Notes under the pieces: generated by a model
The model's input: the letters and a program-made list of their open reading frames with translations, nothing else
Told to the model about the DNA's origin: nothing
The model's database searches: none
Made by a program: the position numbers and the translations under genes
In this document: positions 32,018 through 42,703 of the stretch, piece by piece
How the letters are laid out: every line of letters begins with the position of its first letter
Numbering within the stretch: position 1 is the first letter of the stretch
Assembly: GCA_963696385.1 (NCBI GenBank)
Contig: CAVOKF010000003.1
Span: 672,001 to 736,000 of the forward strand
DNA length: 64,000 nt
Reading direction: 5' to 3'
Origin: an uncultured delta proteobacterium
GTDB lineage: Bacteria > Myxococcota_A > Polyangia > Polyangiales > Polyangiaceae

Positions 32018-32953
32018 CTACGCCTTGAGACTTCGCACTCCCGCCCGATGCACCTTGCCCGGAAGCGGATGACCGACGAGGCTCTCGGCGACGCGAGCGG
32101 CTTCCACGAGGCAATCCAAATCGATGCCGGTTTGGACGCCCATTCCATGCAGCATGTACACGAGGTCCTCGGTCGCCAGGTTGCCGGCCGCGCCCGGCGC
32201 GTACGGGCATCCTCCGAGGCCCCCGACGCTCGCGTCGAAGTCTCGAACCCCCATCTCGAGGCCGATGAGGACGTTCGCCAGTGCGGTCCCACGCGTGTCG
32301 TGCATGTGCATCGCCAGATGGTGCGGCGAGATCTCCGCCAACATCATTTCCAAAATGTGCGCGGTCTGACGCGGCGTCCCCACACCAATCGTGTCCCCGA
32401 GCGAGACCTGATAGCAGCCCATGTCGAGCAGCTTCGTCGCGATGACCACCGCACGGCGGGGATCCACCTCTCCCTCGTACGGGCAGCCCCACACGGTTGA
32501 GACGTAACCACGCACGTTCATGCCTGCCGCATGCGCCGGAGCGATCGTGTCGTCGAACACGGCTAGCGTGTCGGCGACCGTCTTGTTCACATTCTTCTTG
32601 TTGTGCGTCTCGCTTGCCGAGACAAACACCGCGATTTCGCGGATGCCCGCCGCACGTGCCCTTGCCAAGCCGACGGGGTTGGGGCAAAGCGCACTGAACG
32701 CGACTCCCGGTGGCGGTACGGCGTGCTCCGCAACATCGTCCGCATCGGCCAGCTGTGGAATCCAGTTGGGTGCGACGAAGCTCGTGATTTCGATTCGCTT
32801 GAGGCCCGCGGCGACGAGAGCGTCGATGAGCCGAAGTTTGCCTCGAACCGGCACCATCGATCGTTCGTTTTGCAGCCCGTCGCGTGGAGAGACCTCGTAG
32901 AGCGATGCTCGGTCGGGGATGTGATCGAGAAGGCCCACTTCGTCTGGAACCAT
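32018..32953 (-). CDS. Hydroxymethylglutaryl-CoA lyase
   Basis: EVSPRDGLQNE, SLGDTIG, HMHDTRG, GLGGCPYAPGAAGNLATED. Confidence 0.95.
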   Translation of the reverse strand: MVPDEVGLLDHIPDRASLYEVSPRDGLQNERSMVPVRGKLRLIDALVAAGLKRIEITSFVAPNWIPQLADADDVAEHAVPPPGVAFSALCPNPVGLARARAAGIREIAVFVSASETHNKKNVNKTVADTLAVFDDTIAPAHAAGMNVRGYVSTVWGCPYEGEVDPRRAVVIATKLLDMGCYQVSLGDTIGVGTPRQTAHILEMMLAEISPHHLAMHMHDTRGTALANVLIGLEMGVRDFDASVGGLGGCPYAPGAAGNLATEDLVYMLHGMGVQTGIDLDCLVEAARVAESLVGHPLPGKVHRAGVRSLKA

Positions 32954-33182
32954 AATTCCTTTCGTCCTGGTTCGGCGCAAGGTTCATGCGACTCACGGAG
33001 CGCGTGAGAAGGCGATACATTGGATGCATTTTGGACTCTTGGGGGCTGAGACGAGAACGAGGGCCCCCGCCGGCGGGGATGCGCAGCGGCCCGCCCACCG
33101 CCTGCGTCCCGAGGGTGGGGCCCGTCCCCCCTTGGCCCACGCCGCCTGGACGGTCTGTGGGCGTTGCATGTATCCTAAAGCT

Positions 33183-33995
33183 ATGAAGGGCGTTTCTGAC
33201 CGCGGCGGGTCTTCGGGGTTGCACGGGCGGCTCTCGGAAGTTTACTTTCCGGCCCTCGTCGCGGCGCAAACGGCCGCCCTTGCGCAGCGGTTGGGCGACC
33301 GAGCGACCATCGATGATCCTCTCTTCGGTCGAGCGAGCGGAATGGCCGAGATCGCGCCACGACTGGCCGAGATCGCAAGCTGGCTCGCGGTGCACGACGC
33401 TGCATTCGACAATTTCGGGTTCGTGACCGGATCCGACCGAGACGTAACGGAGGGAGCGCTCGCGCTCACCGTGAATGGCGCACGAGTACGCGTCCCGGTC
33501 GGCGTCGTCGCAGAGCGACGGCGCGAGCGCGAAGTCGAGGTCCGAGTCTATTACGCGACACGCGCGCTACGCAAAGCGCACGTGCCTCGGCGGGTGCTTC
33601 TGCCCAGCGACGATCGAACGGCTGTCCCGCCTCCCGTTGCAGCCCACCTCGAAGCGCTCGCCCGAGGCGACATCGCCGGGGTGGTATCGAGCTTCGAGCG
33701 CGGGGCCACTGTCCGCGGCGCGGACGGCGAGACGCACGCGAAGCTCGAACCAGGTGGCGGGCCCCTGGGTGCCTACTACGATCGATTGCTCGGAAGTGAA
33801 GGCAGCGTAGAGAGCCGAGGTCTGCAACTGCTCAAGAACGCGCGCGCAGACGACGGAAGGACGTGCGCCCTGGAGTATACGGTCGTGCGCTTTCGCGGAG
33901 TCGAAGTTCCAGCGCCAGCGGGGCTCGCGGTTTATGAGCGGGGAGAGAGCGGCCTTCTGCGGACCGTACGCGTATACGACGAACTGGAACTGTGA
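33183..33995 (+). CDS. Tandem NTF2/SnoaL-like domain protein
   Basis: Two halves: ATIDDPLFGRASG...VRVYY and LARGDIAGVVSSFE...CALEY...VRVYD. Confidence 0.65.
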   Translation: MKGVSDRGGSSGLHGRLSEVYFPALVAAQTAALAQRLGDRATIDDPLFGRASGMAEIAPRLAEIASWLAVHDAAFDNFGFVTGSDRDVTEGALALTVNGARVRVPVGVVAERRREREVEVRVYYATRALRKAHVPRRVLLPSDDRTAVPPPVAAHLEALARGDIAGVVSSFERGATVRGADGETHAKLEPGGGPLGAYYDRLLGSEGSVESRGLQLLKNARADDGRTCALEYTVVRFRGVEVPAPAGLAVYERGESGLLRTVRVYDELEL

Positions 33996-34053
33996 CATCG
34001 TGACCGCGCCGCGGTCAAGGTGTCGGCCGGCGCTTCGTCGGCGGCGCCCCGCA

Positions 34054-35541
34054 TCAGACGCCCACAAGTCTCATCTGCCGCTTGCTCGTGGGCGTGAACG
34101 GAATTGCGTATTGTCCCGAGAAACAAGCATGACAGAGCGAGTTGCCATCGCCAACCCCCGCCAGCATCCCCTCGAGCGACAGATAGCCGAGTGAATCGGC
34201 AGTCACATAACGCGCAATTTCGTCGACGCTGTGACTCGATGCGATGAGCTCGCGGCGCGTCGGAGTATCGATGCCATAATAACAAGGCCACTGCGTCGGT
34301 GGGCTCGAGATGCGAAGATGCACTTCCTTCGCGCCCGCGTCGCGCACCATCTTGACGATTTTCCGCGAGGTCGTTCCACGAACGATCGAGTCGTCGATGA
34401 CGACGACGCGTTTTCCGCGAAGCACGGGGCCCACGGTGCTGAGCTTCAGACGAACGCCGAAATGACGAATGCTGTCTTGCGGTTCGATGAATGTGCGCCC
34501 GACATAGTGCGAGCGAATGAGTCCCATCTCGAACGCGAGACCCCGTTCCGCCGCATACCCGATCGCCGCAGGCACGCCCGAGTCCGGAACGGGAACGACG
34601 ACATCGGCCTCGACCGGGTGCTCGCGCGCGAGCTTGCGCCCGAACGCTTTCCTCACCTCGTAAACACTTTGACCCGCAAATTGCGAGTCGGGACGAGCAA
34701 AATACACGTATTCGAAAATGCACGCGCGATGAGGTGCGCTCGGCAACGGTCGCACCGACCGAATGCCGCTCGCATCGATGATCACCATCTCCCCGGGCTC
34801 AACGTCCCGGACGTACTCGGCGCCCATGAGTTCGAATGCGCACGGCTCGCTCGCCACGACGTGCGCGTCCTTCTTTGAAGGCAAGAGCCCGAGGCACAGC
34901 GGACGAATCCCCATCGGATCACGCACGGCGATGATCGCGTCCTCCGTCAAGAAAAGGAGCGAGTAGGCTCCTTTCACGCGAGTCAGCGCATCCGCGATTC
35001 GATCCTCGATAGAGATCTCCTGGCTCATGGCGACGAGGTGGACGAACACTTCCGTGTCCGTGTCGCTTTGGAAAATCGACCCCCGAGACTCGAGCTCCGC
35101 GCGGAGATCGTCGGCATTCGTTAGATTGCCGTTGTGGCAAACGGCGAGCGAGCCCCGTGCGTAGTCGACGGCGATCGGCTGCGCATTCTTGATGTGCGAG
35201 CCTCCCGCAGTCGAGTAGCGGACATGCCCAATCGCGCATCGACCAGGTAGTCTGGCCAGCTGGTCCTGAGTGAATGCGTCCTGAACGAGACCCATCGCCC
35301 GATGGGCATAGAGCTGTCTCTCGTCGCTCGTGACGATGCCGGCCGACTCCTGTCCGCGGTGCTGAAGCGCGTGCAGTCCGAGATACGTCATATTGGCGGC
35401 TTCTTGGTGTCCGAAAATTCCGAAAACGCCGCACTCGTCGTGAAAGTGATCGTCGTCGATCAGCGCACCCCCGGCAGTCCGATCGCAAGGTTCCCCGCGC
35501 GGAGGGTCGAGGACGACGAGGTGGCGCTTTGGATCCCGCAT
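34054..35541 (-). CDS. purF: Amidophosphoribosyltransferase
   Basis: Propeptide then [49 protein letters not shown]. Confidence 0.97.
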   Translation of the reverse strand: MRDPKRHLVVLDPPRGEPCDRTAGGALIDDDHFHDECGVFGIFGHQEAANMTYLGLHALQHRGQESAGIVTSDERQLYAHRAMGLVQDAFTQDQLARLPGRCAIGHVRYSTAGGSHIKNAQPIAVDYARGSLAVCHNGNLTNADDLRAELESRGSIFQSDTDTEVFVHLVAMSQEISIEDRIADALTRVKGAYSLLFLTEDAIIAVRDPMGIRPLCLGLLPSKKDAHVVASEPCAFELMGAEYVRDVEPGEMVIIDASGIRSVRPLPSAPHRACIFEYVYFARPDSQFAGQSVYEVRKAFGRKLAREHPVEADVVVPVPDSGVPAAIGYAAERGLAFEMGLIRSHYVGRTFIEPQDSIRHFGVRLKLSTVGPVLRGKRVVVIDDSIVRGTTSRKIVKMVRDAGAKEVHLRISSPPTQWPCYYGIDTPTRRELIASSHSVDEIARYVTADSLGYLSLEGMLAGVGDGNSLCHACFSGQYAIPFTPTSKRQMRLVGV

Positions 35542-35674
35542 CAACGCAACGAAACCTAACCGCCCGCCGAGCTGGCCGCTAGTGCACCGCAGTCGATGAA
35601 CCATCGAACAAGCGCTGCGCGATTGCTTCGCTTCACGATCGGCGGCGCACTAGACGAGTTCCTTGGGCTGCGAA

Positions 35675-36319
35675 TCACGTCTTGCCGCGATAGGTGGCCG
35701 TGATCGCGATCTCGTAGCGGGCATGGCGGTGCTCGATGCCGTCGAGGTCCACTGCGCGCATCGCGTCTCCAACGGCCGTCCTGCAACCTACAACGATCTT
35801 GCGGTCGCTGAACGAACGGCCGGTTCGGGGCAGACGGACGCGCACTTTATGGCGCGAGAAGCTCACATCGGCGACGTATTCGATCGTCCCGCTCGAGTCC
35901 GCCGCGGGGACGCACGCGAGCGACTGTTGGATGGCCTGCGAGAGCGCACGTTCAATTGACGCGACGTGGTCGCACTCCTCGGGCAACGTAACTCTTGGCC
36001 CCCGGTCGTGGCACCCGATGATGCGCGCCTCCGACAGCGTGACCGGCGTGGGCCCGGCTTCGACTGCCGAGGGCCCGGCATCACTCGCGACCGCCAAAGC
36101 GGACGCAACCGGCTCCGCGGAAGAGCCGTCGGTGGTCACCCGCGGCGGCCTTCGCCAGAGATACAGCCCGCTGCTCACCAGCACGAGTCCTGCGAGCAAC
36201 GCTGCGATCAGCTGCACGCGCACCGGACGATCCTCGGTGTGGTGCGACACGCCTCGACGGCGCGCCGGCGACCCGTAGGGATCGGACGGCGGATGCGATG
36301 GATCGCGCAATTCGCTCAT
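35675..36319 (-). CDS. Hypothetical bitopic membrane protein with a 4-Cys C-terminal domain
   Basis: TM LIAALLAGLVLVSSGLYLW, low-complexity linker, four Cys. Confidence 0.65.
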   Translation of the reverse strand: MSELRDPSHPPSDPYGSPARRRGVSHHTEDRPVRVQLIAALLAGLVLVSSGLYLWRRPPRVTTDGSSAEPVASALAVASDAGPSAVEAGPTPVTLSEARIIGCHDRGPRVTLPEECDHVASIERALSQAIQQSLACVPAADSSGTIEYVADVSFSRHKVRVRLPRTGRSFSDRKIVVGCRTAVGDAMRAVDLDGIEHRHARYEIAITATYRGKT

Positions 36320-36338
36320 GCGACGGCCTGCGACGTCC

Positions 36339-38051
36339 TCAGGAGTCGACGAGTGCGCGAACGCTGACGCCCGGCTCGTAGCGAGCGATGGTGGCCCCGA
36401 GCTCCAGCCCGTCCGGCATCATGGCTTGCACCTGACCCACCACCTGCTCAACGAGGTTGCGTGCCTCTTGGGAACCAGGACCGACCATGGCTACGCAGAA
36501 CCGTAGGGGGCCGCTACGTCCAGCGGTAACGGCAATGAGCGAGAGGAGAAACATGTCGGTGAGCTCCACAACGCGCGTCGCCGATCTCCGAAGTGCGAGC
36601 ATCTCCAGAATCGTTGGTCGGTCACTGACGAGACGGCTCGGCCCGCGGAGCTCATAGCGGGCCAGCGTCAGAGGGGCTTCGACCCAAACGGCAAACGCGG
36701 CGTCCTCATCGAGGGTGCGCAGCAATTGTTCGCGCACGAGCAACCCGGTGAGTCCATCGCGTCTCGACAGATACAGACGCGCTCGCCTGTGATTCGGACT
36801 GTCCTTTGCGTAGCTGACCAGCTTCAACCGGAGTTCGCCGAGCTGCACCTCGCCGCCGTGGAGCAAGTTGATGCTCTTTGCGCGTTCGTACATGTAATCG
36901 GCGTAACTGCCGTTGGTCGAGCCCGGATCCTCGACGATCCATGTCCCGTTCTGCCACTTGAGCTGCGCATGTTGCCCGCTGACCGTAGCTTCCGGCACGA
37001 TGAGGTCGTTGTCGGGGCGCCGGCCCACCGTCACGACGGGCTTGTCGAGACACAGGAGCTCACCGACGAACTCCGGCGCATTCGAGGCAAATGTAGCCAG
37101 CAACGCTTGCGACCCCGGAACGAACGATAGCGAAGCGCTGTGCCCGGGCGGCGGGCCCGCGTCGAGCCGCTCACGCGGAACCTGGATGGGATTCGTCGTC
37201 AGCGTGACGGGGTTGAAGAAACGCAAATGGCGCGCCGCGAGGCGCTGCTGGGGGTCCTCGGCAAAGCAGCGGAACACCTGCTTGATCTCGTCGATGCTCA
37301 ATCCAGCTGGGACATCGAACATGATCTGCTGACGCATCGTCTTGGAGCGCGGCTTGTAGCCAGGCTCGGGCACACGGCACGTCCACATTTCGAGCAGGGT
37401 CAAGCCAAGGGCGTATACGTCGTCTTCGGGACTGGCTCCTCCGGAGCGAATGCGCTCAGGGCTCATGTAATTGGGTGTTCCGCCGTCAGGCGGCGCACCC
37501 GGACGCCGCCCGCTCGCCCTGGCGCGCTCCTTGGCGAAGCCGAAGTCGAGCACGATGGCTTTTCCGAGCGATCCGTCTGGGCTCGTCGTCACCATGACGT
37601 TGCCTGGCTTCAAGTCTCCGTGAACGAGCCCTTGCTGGTGAATGGCGGCGACGCCCGACGCGACGTCGCTTGCGATCCGCCGGAATTCGTCGGAAGTGTA
37701 TCCGCCCTGGGCCTTCTTTCGACGGATGTGGGTGTGAAGCGTCTGCCCCGTGATGTACTCCATGACGAGGATGGGGCCGTACGGACTGGGGGCGAGATCG
37801 TGCACCCGGCAGACGTGCGGATCGCTGACCGAACGCGCGAGCAAGAGCTCGAGGCGAAGCGCCTCGTCATCGCCCGGCATGCGGGCTTCCTCGCGCACGA
37901 TCTTGAGAGCAACCGCCTGCTGCGTGGTTCGATCGTACGCAAGAAAGACTTCGCCCATCCCGCCCTTGCCGAGGCTCTGTCGAATCTCGTAGCGGTCGTT
38001 GACGACCGTTCCGTGCGTCAGCGGCGGCAGTCCGCTCCGGCCCTCGGTCAT
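36339..38051 (-). CDS. Ser/Thr kinase - FHA - degenerate GGDEF-like fusion
   Basis: LGKGGMGEV, VALK, HGDLKPGN, DFG, YMSPE; FHA VGRRPDND...VSGQHA...STNGS; RRDGLTGL marks a GGDEF-like start. Confidence 0.88.
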   Translation of the reverse strand: MTEGRSGLPPLTHGTVVNDRYEIRQSLGKGGMGEVFLAYDRTTQQAVALKIVREEARMPGDDEALRLELLLARSVSDPHVCRVHDLAPSPYGPILVMEYITGQTLHTHIRRKKAQGGYTSDEFRRIASDVASGVAAIHQQGLVHGDLKPGNVMVTTSPDGSLGKAIVLDFGFAKERARASGRRPGAPPDGGTPNYMSPERIRSGGASPEDDVYALGLTLLEMWTCRVPEPGYKPRSKTMRQQIMFDVPAGLSIDEIKQVFRCFAEDPQQRLAARHLRFFNPVTLTTNPIQVPRERLDAGPPPGHSASLSFVPGSQALLATFASNAPEFVGELLCLDKPVVTVGRRPDNDLIVPEATVSGQHAQLKWQNGTWIVEDPGSTNGSYADYMYERAKSINLLHGGEVQLGELRLKLVSYAKDSPNHRRARLYLSRRDGLTGLLVREQLLRTLDEDAAFAVWVEAPLTLARYELRGPSRLVSDRPTILEMLALRRSATRVVELTDMFLLSLIAVTAGRSGPLRFCVAMVGPGSQEARNLVEQVVGQVQAMMPDGLELGATIARYEPGVSVRALVDS

Positions 38052-38112
38052 CGTCGCCTCGACACTACCTCGCCTGGAATCACCTGCGACCCGCTCGGTC
38101 CAATTCTAGCGG

Positions 38113-38136
38113 AGCAACAGCGCGACCATCTTGCCA
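38113..38136 (-). promoter_or_regulatory. Two overlapping sigma54-like motifs upstream of the kinase-FHA gene
   Basis: TGGCAAGATGGTCGCG (38136-21) and TGGTCGCGCTGTTGCT (38128-13), both GG-N10-GC. Confidence 0.4.
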
Positions 38137-38161
38137 CGCTTTTGCTCGTCTGTCGGGCGTC

Positions 38162-40912
38162 TCATGCCAGGCGAGCGTAGAGACTGTCGAGGGCCTCATC
38201 GAGACGGTCCATTTGCGCGCCGCCGGCCTGTCCGAGGTCCGGGCGTCCGCCGCCCGAGCCGCCGAGCAGCTGAGCGATCGCTTTTACCAGATCCCCGGCA
38301 TGATACCTAGCCGTCAACCCCTTGGAGACGGTCAGCACCAGCATGGCCTTGTCGCTGCCGGCGGCGCCGACCAGCACAACGGCCTCTCCGAGTTTGTCAC
38401 GCAGGCGCTCGGCCATTTCACGGAGCGTAGCGGCGTCGCTCGCCGAGATCTTCACCGCGAGCGCCTTACCTCCTGGCACGTTGCGTGCTGCTTTCACGAT
38501 CTCGTCGATGCCGCCAGCGCCGGCGCTGGCTCCACGATCCATCGCGCCAAGAGCGACCTGACGCCTCAATTCGGCGATTTCCCGTTCGAGCTGCTTTTCT
38601 TGCTCGACGAACCGTTCGAGCTTCTCGTTAAGATCGGCGGGCGACGCCTTGAGCGCGCGGGCTGCACGGCGAAGGGCGCTTTCGACCAATCGGGTGTAGG
38701 CCAGCGCATTGAGACCCGTCGCCGCCTCGATGCGGCGCACGCCCGCCGCGAGGCCTTGTTCGCTCACCACTTTGAAGAGTCCGACCTCTCCGAGCGACCG
38801 CGCGTGGGTCCCCCCGCAGAGTTCCACCGAGTCGTTCGTCATGGTCAGCATTCGTACAACGTCGCCGTATTTTTCCTCAAAAATGGCTACCGCGCCTCGA
38901 CGCCTTGCTTCGGCAATCGGAAGCACTTCCGTAAGAACCGGCGCGTCCGACAAGATTTTCGCGTTGACGAGGTCTTCGATCTTGACGATCTCCTCGTCAG
39001 TCAGCGGTTTGCCGTGCGCGAAGTCGAACCGGAGGCGGTCCGGGCCGACGAGCGACCCCTTCTGAGTCGCTTGCTCTCCCACGACCGTGCGAAGAGCCCA
39101 ATGCAACAGGTGGGTCGCCGTGTGATTGCGGCGCGTCGCTGCGCGTCGCTCCCGGTCCACTGCGAGGTACACCACGTCACCCGCCGCTAGGCCACCTTGA
39201 AGAATGCGCCCCCGGTGCGTAACGATCCCCGTCATCGGCTTCTGCGTGTCCCACACCTCGAATCGCATGGGCTCGATACCGCGACGCTCAATCATACCCC
39301 GATCGCCGACTTGCCCTCCCGACTCGCCGTAAAACGGCGTGACGTCGGTGACGACCGTGATCTCGTCGCCCTGCAGCGCTCGGTCCGCGATGCGCCCATC
39401 CTTGACGATCGCGAGAACCGTTGCCTCGGCGTCCTCCCGGTCGTAACCGACAAACCGGACGCCCGCTGACGACTGGCGCTGCAGCTGGGCCAAAATATCG
39501 TGCCAAACGTGCGACACCCTGGACTCATCGTTCAGCTTCAATCCCTCGCTCCTCGAACGTTGTTGCTCGAGAGCACGCTCATACGCGACGGCATCGACGC
39601 TGAGGCCGCGCTCCGAAGCGATGACTTCCGTCAAGTCGAACGGAAATCCGAACGTGTCGTAGAGTTTGAATGCAGTTTCGCCGCGGATGACGGACCCGCC
39701 CGCCGCCCGAACGCCTTCGATTTCTTCGTCGAGGATCCTCAGCCCCCAATCGACGGTTTCGCGGAAGCGCTCCTCCTCCCCTCGCGCCACACTCTCGACC
39801 AGTTCTTTGCGGCGCTCGAGCTCTGGATACTGATCCCTCATGGTCCGGACGACCTCGTGAGCCACCGTGTGAAGGAATGGTTGGCGGATTCCAAGTCGAT
39901 GACCGTGGCGGATGGCCCGACGCATCACGCGCCGGAGCACATAGGGGCGACCGGCTCGGTCGGGGAAGATTCCCTCCGAGATGAGAAAAGCGGTCGTTCG
40001 AGCGTGATCGGCGATGACCCTCATCGAGACGTCGTCGGCGGCTTGGGACGCTTCGTAACGCTTGCCGCTAAGCTCGCTCGCCTTGTCGACCAGAGTGCGT
40101 AGAAGGTCCGTGTCGTAGTTGCTTGCGACGCCCTGAAGCGCGCTCGAAACCCGCTCGAGCCCGGCCCCGGTGTCTACGCACGGCCACGGCAACGGTTCGA
40201 GCTTGGCTTGACCCGACGGGTCGACAGAGCGCTCAAACTGCATGAAAACAAGGTTCCACAGCTCCATCCACCCGCTGCCGTCGGAAGCGGGTTCCTGCCC
40301 GAAGGTGGAGTACGGCACGCCACCGCTGCCGACGTCTCCGTTGAACCAGTGAATTTCCGTGCACGGGCCGCACGGGCCCGTCTCCCCCATCTGCCAGAAG
40401 TTGTCGTTCATACCGAGGCCGATGATGCGTGCGTCGCTCAGTCCGGTGATCTTGCGCCACAGGGAGCGCGCCTCGTGGTCCGGGCCGAGACCCTGCTCAC
40501 CGCCGAAGACCGTGATCATCATCCTGGCTGGATCGAGCGCATAGACCCGCGTCAAAAGCTCCCATGCCAAGGCAATGGCGGTTTCTTTGAAGTAATCACC
40601 AAACGAAAAATTGCCGAGCATTTCGAAAAACGTGTGGTGACGAGCCGTCACGCCGACGTTTTCGAGATCGTTGTGCTTACCCGAAATCCGAATGCATTTC
40701 TGGCTCGAGGTCGCCCGCCCGTAGGCTCGGGTTTCCCTGCCAACAAAGACGTCTTTGAACTGGACCATCCCTGCGTTGGCGAACATCAGCGTGGGGTCGT
40801 TCTGCGGAACGAGCGGCGAGCTCGGGACGACTTCGTGTCCGTTCTCCTGAAAGAAATCGAGAAACGCTCGGCGAACCTCAGCGGAGGTGCGTGTCATGGG
40901 TCGCGTGCTCAT
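38162..40912 (-). CDS. alaS: Alanine--tRNA ligase
   Basis: NAGMVQFK, HHTFFEMLGNFSFGDYFK, HTATHLLH, ELCGGTH, GGGGRPD. Confidence 0.98.
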   Translation of the reverse strand: MSTRPMTRTSAEVRRAFLDFFQENGHEVVPSSPLVPQNDPTLMFANAGMVQFKDVFVGRETRAYGRATSSQKCIRISGKHNDLENVGVTARHHTFFEMLGNFSFGDYFKETAIALAWELLTRVYALDPARMMITVFGGEQGLGPDHEARSLWRKITGLSDARIIGLGMNDNFWQMGETGPCGPCTEIHWFNGDVGSGGVPYSTFGQEPASDGSGWMELWNLVFMQFERSVDPSGQAKLEPLPWPCVDTGAGLERVSSALQGVASNYDTDLLRTLVDKASELSGKRYEASQAADDVSMRVIADHARTTAFLISEGIFPDRAGRPYVLRRVMRRAIRHGHRLGIRQPFLHTVAHEVVRTMRDQYPELERRKELVESVARGEEERFRETVDWGLRILDEEIEGVRAAGGSVIRGETAFKLYDTFGFPFDLTEVIASERGLSVDAVAYERALEQQRSRSEGLKLNDESRVSHVWHDILAQLQRQSSAGVRFVGYDREDAEATVLAIVKDGRIADRALQGDEITVVTDVTPFYGESGGQVGDRGMIERRGIEPMRFEVWDTQKPMTGIVTHRGRILQGGLAAGDVVYLAVDRERRAATRRNHTATHLLHWALRTVVGEQATQKGSLVGPDRLRFDFAHGKPLTDEEIVKIEDLVNAKILSDAPVLTEVLPIAEARRRGAVAIFEEKYGDVVRMLTMTNDSVELCGGTHARSLGEVGLFKVVSEQGLAAGVRRIEAATGLNALAYTRLVESALRRAARALKASPADLNEKLERFVEQEKQLEREIAELRRQVALGAMDRGASAGAGGIDEIVKAARNVPGGKALAVKISASDAATLREMAERLRDKLGEAVVLVGAAGSDKAMLVLTVSKGLTARYHAGDLVKAIAQLLGGSGGGRPDLGQAGGAQMDRLDEALDSLYARLA

Positions 40913-40930
40913 AGCACGTCGTGGCTCGGC

Positions 40931-42625
40931 TCACGGATCGGACGCGGGCGAGTTAGGGGCGTTGTACGGGTTGTTTGGATCGTCCTCGGGCGCCGTATCG
41001 GTCGGGCCCGCACCGGCCTCGGTCGCAGTCGTGATCGAGGCTTGCACGACCGACGATGCGGGCGCTGCCGGCCCCATCGATTCAGCGTCCGCAGAGGCCG
41101 CCACGCCGAACGCCCATGCCGAGGCAGAGGAGCGCGATTCTCGTTGTTCGGCCACGGCTCGCCGCTGCGGCCGCAGCGGCGCGTTGCTCTTGGCTACGGG
41201 CGCCGCTCCCGGCGTAGGCACGGGAAGGATGGCATCGACCGCAGGCGTTCGGGGCGAGGCCGAGTCCAGGCGCGACGTCGGAGCCGCCGCCAACGTGGCA
41301 TCGGGCGGGCCCGCGTCGTGGGCGTGAACCCGAAACGTAGGCGCCCACCAAAACGCACCCATTCCGGCAGCGGCGCCGATGAGCGCCAGCCCGACCCATA
41401 AGCCGGCGCGACTCCGCTTCGGGATCTCGAGCGGCTCGTCGGGCGCAGACGACGGAACGACGCCCGATTCATCACCCAGCGCTTGCCTTGCCGGCGTGAC
41501 GCGCGCGTCCTTTCGCTTCGTCAAAGCGATGGCGCGCGCTTCCTCGTTGGCCGGATGCGAGCTTCGCCGGTCGCCGATGACCGTCGGAGCAAACGCGGCC
41601 TCCTCGCGCCCTTCTTCGTGTCGCGGGCCGCGTTCTCGTGACTCCGAGACGGCCTGGCTGACGAAAGTTCGCCGTCTTTCCGCCAACTCCGGAAGCGACA
41701 CACTGAGAAACGTGGCGACATCGTCACCGGTGGCGCTCTCGCCGAGGTCCTTCATGGCGCTTTCGATGGCTCGTTGCATGGCGCCGGCGGTCGGAAACCG
41801 ATCGTCCGGGCTCAGCGTGACCGAACGCTCCAGTACCGCGGCGACGGCTTCCGGAAGTCCTTGAGCACAGTTGGGCGCCTCGTCCGCCAAGAGTTTGCGA
41901 ATGACCTCGACGTCGTCATCGCCCTCGTTCGGCAACCGGCCGGCCACCAGCTCGTGCAGGCATACGCCGAGCGCCCAGACGTCCGCGCGCCGATCGACGC
42001 TACGGCCCTTCTTGACCTGCTCGGGGGCCATGTACTGGATCTTTCCTTTGACGATGCCGGTCCGCGTTTCGCCCTGTTTGCGGTTTTGAGCCTTGGCAAT
42101 TCCGAAGTCGATGACTTTGACGGCACCGCCGGTGCTCACCAAGATATTCTGAGGTGACACGTCGCGGTGCACGATCCCGATCGGCTCACCGAGCTCGTCT
42201 CTCAGCTCGTGAGCAGCGTGCAGCCCGGCGCAAGCGTCGGCCACGATGCGAAGCGCAGGGCCCATGGGCAACAGGCGGCCGCTTTTGGCCGCAAGCCTGC
42301 GGATCTTCGCAAGCGAATCGCCGTCGATCCACTCCATGACGATGAAAAGAACGTCCCTCTGCTCACCCAGGTCGAGAATTTGCGCGACGTTCGGATGCTG
42401 AATGCCCGAGGCGATGCGCGCTTCGTCGAGGAACATTTCCTGGAAGCGCGAATCTTCGAGAAGCTCGGTGCGGATCGTCTTGATCGCAAATAGCTTCTCG
42501 AAGCCTCGCTTGCCACGCAAGCGAGCGAGCCAAACCGTGGCCATGCCGCCGGACGCGATGGGGCATAGTAGTTCGTACCGATCGAGCCGGTCCCCCGCCC
42601 GCAAGACGTTCCCGACGGCCTCCAT
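40931..42625 (-). CDS. Membrane-anchored Ser/Thr protein kinase
   Basis: ASGGMATV, HRDVSPQN, DFG, GKIQYMAPE; TM GLWVGLALIGAAAGMGAFWW; Pro/Ala-rich tail with NPY. Confidence 0.93.
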   Translation of the reverse strand: MEAVGNVLRAGDRLDRYELLCPIASGGMATVWLARLRGKRGFEKLFAIKTIRTELLEDSRFQEMFLDEARIASGIQHPNVAQILDLGEQRDVLFIVMEWIDGDSLAKIRRLAAKSGRLLPMGPALRIVADACAGLHAAHELRDELGEPIGIVHRDVSPQNILVSTGGAVKVIDFGIAKAQNRKQGETRTGIVKGKIQYMAPEQVKKGRSVDRRADVWALGVCLHELVAGRLPNEGDDDVEVIRKLLADEAPNCAQGLPEAVAAVLERSVTLSPDDRFPTAGAMQRAIESAMKDLGESATGDDVATFLSVSLPELAERRRTFVSQAVSESRERGPRHEEGREEAAFAPTVIGDRRSSHPANEEARAIALTKRKDARVTPARQALGDESGVVPSSAPDEPLEIPKRSRAGLWVGLALIGAAAGMGAFWWAPTFRVHAHDAGPPDATLAAAPTSRLDSASPRTPAVDAILPVPTPGAAPVAKSNAPLRPQRRAVAEQRESRSSASAWAFGVAASADAESMGPAAPASSVVQASITTATEAGAGPTDTAPEDDPNNPYNAPNSPASDP

Positions 42626-42703
42626 CGCGAGCTCATCATGGCCCTGTCGTAGCTGGCGAGCCAACGATTCGGGGACCGGCGGACACTCACCGAACCATCG
42701 AGG

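Noticed and set aside
35542..35674. Purine/ZTP/PRPP riboswitch upstream of purF
   Set aside because: No recognisable aptamer consensus or terminator seen by eye.
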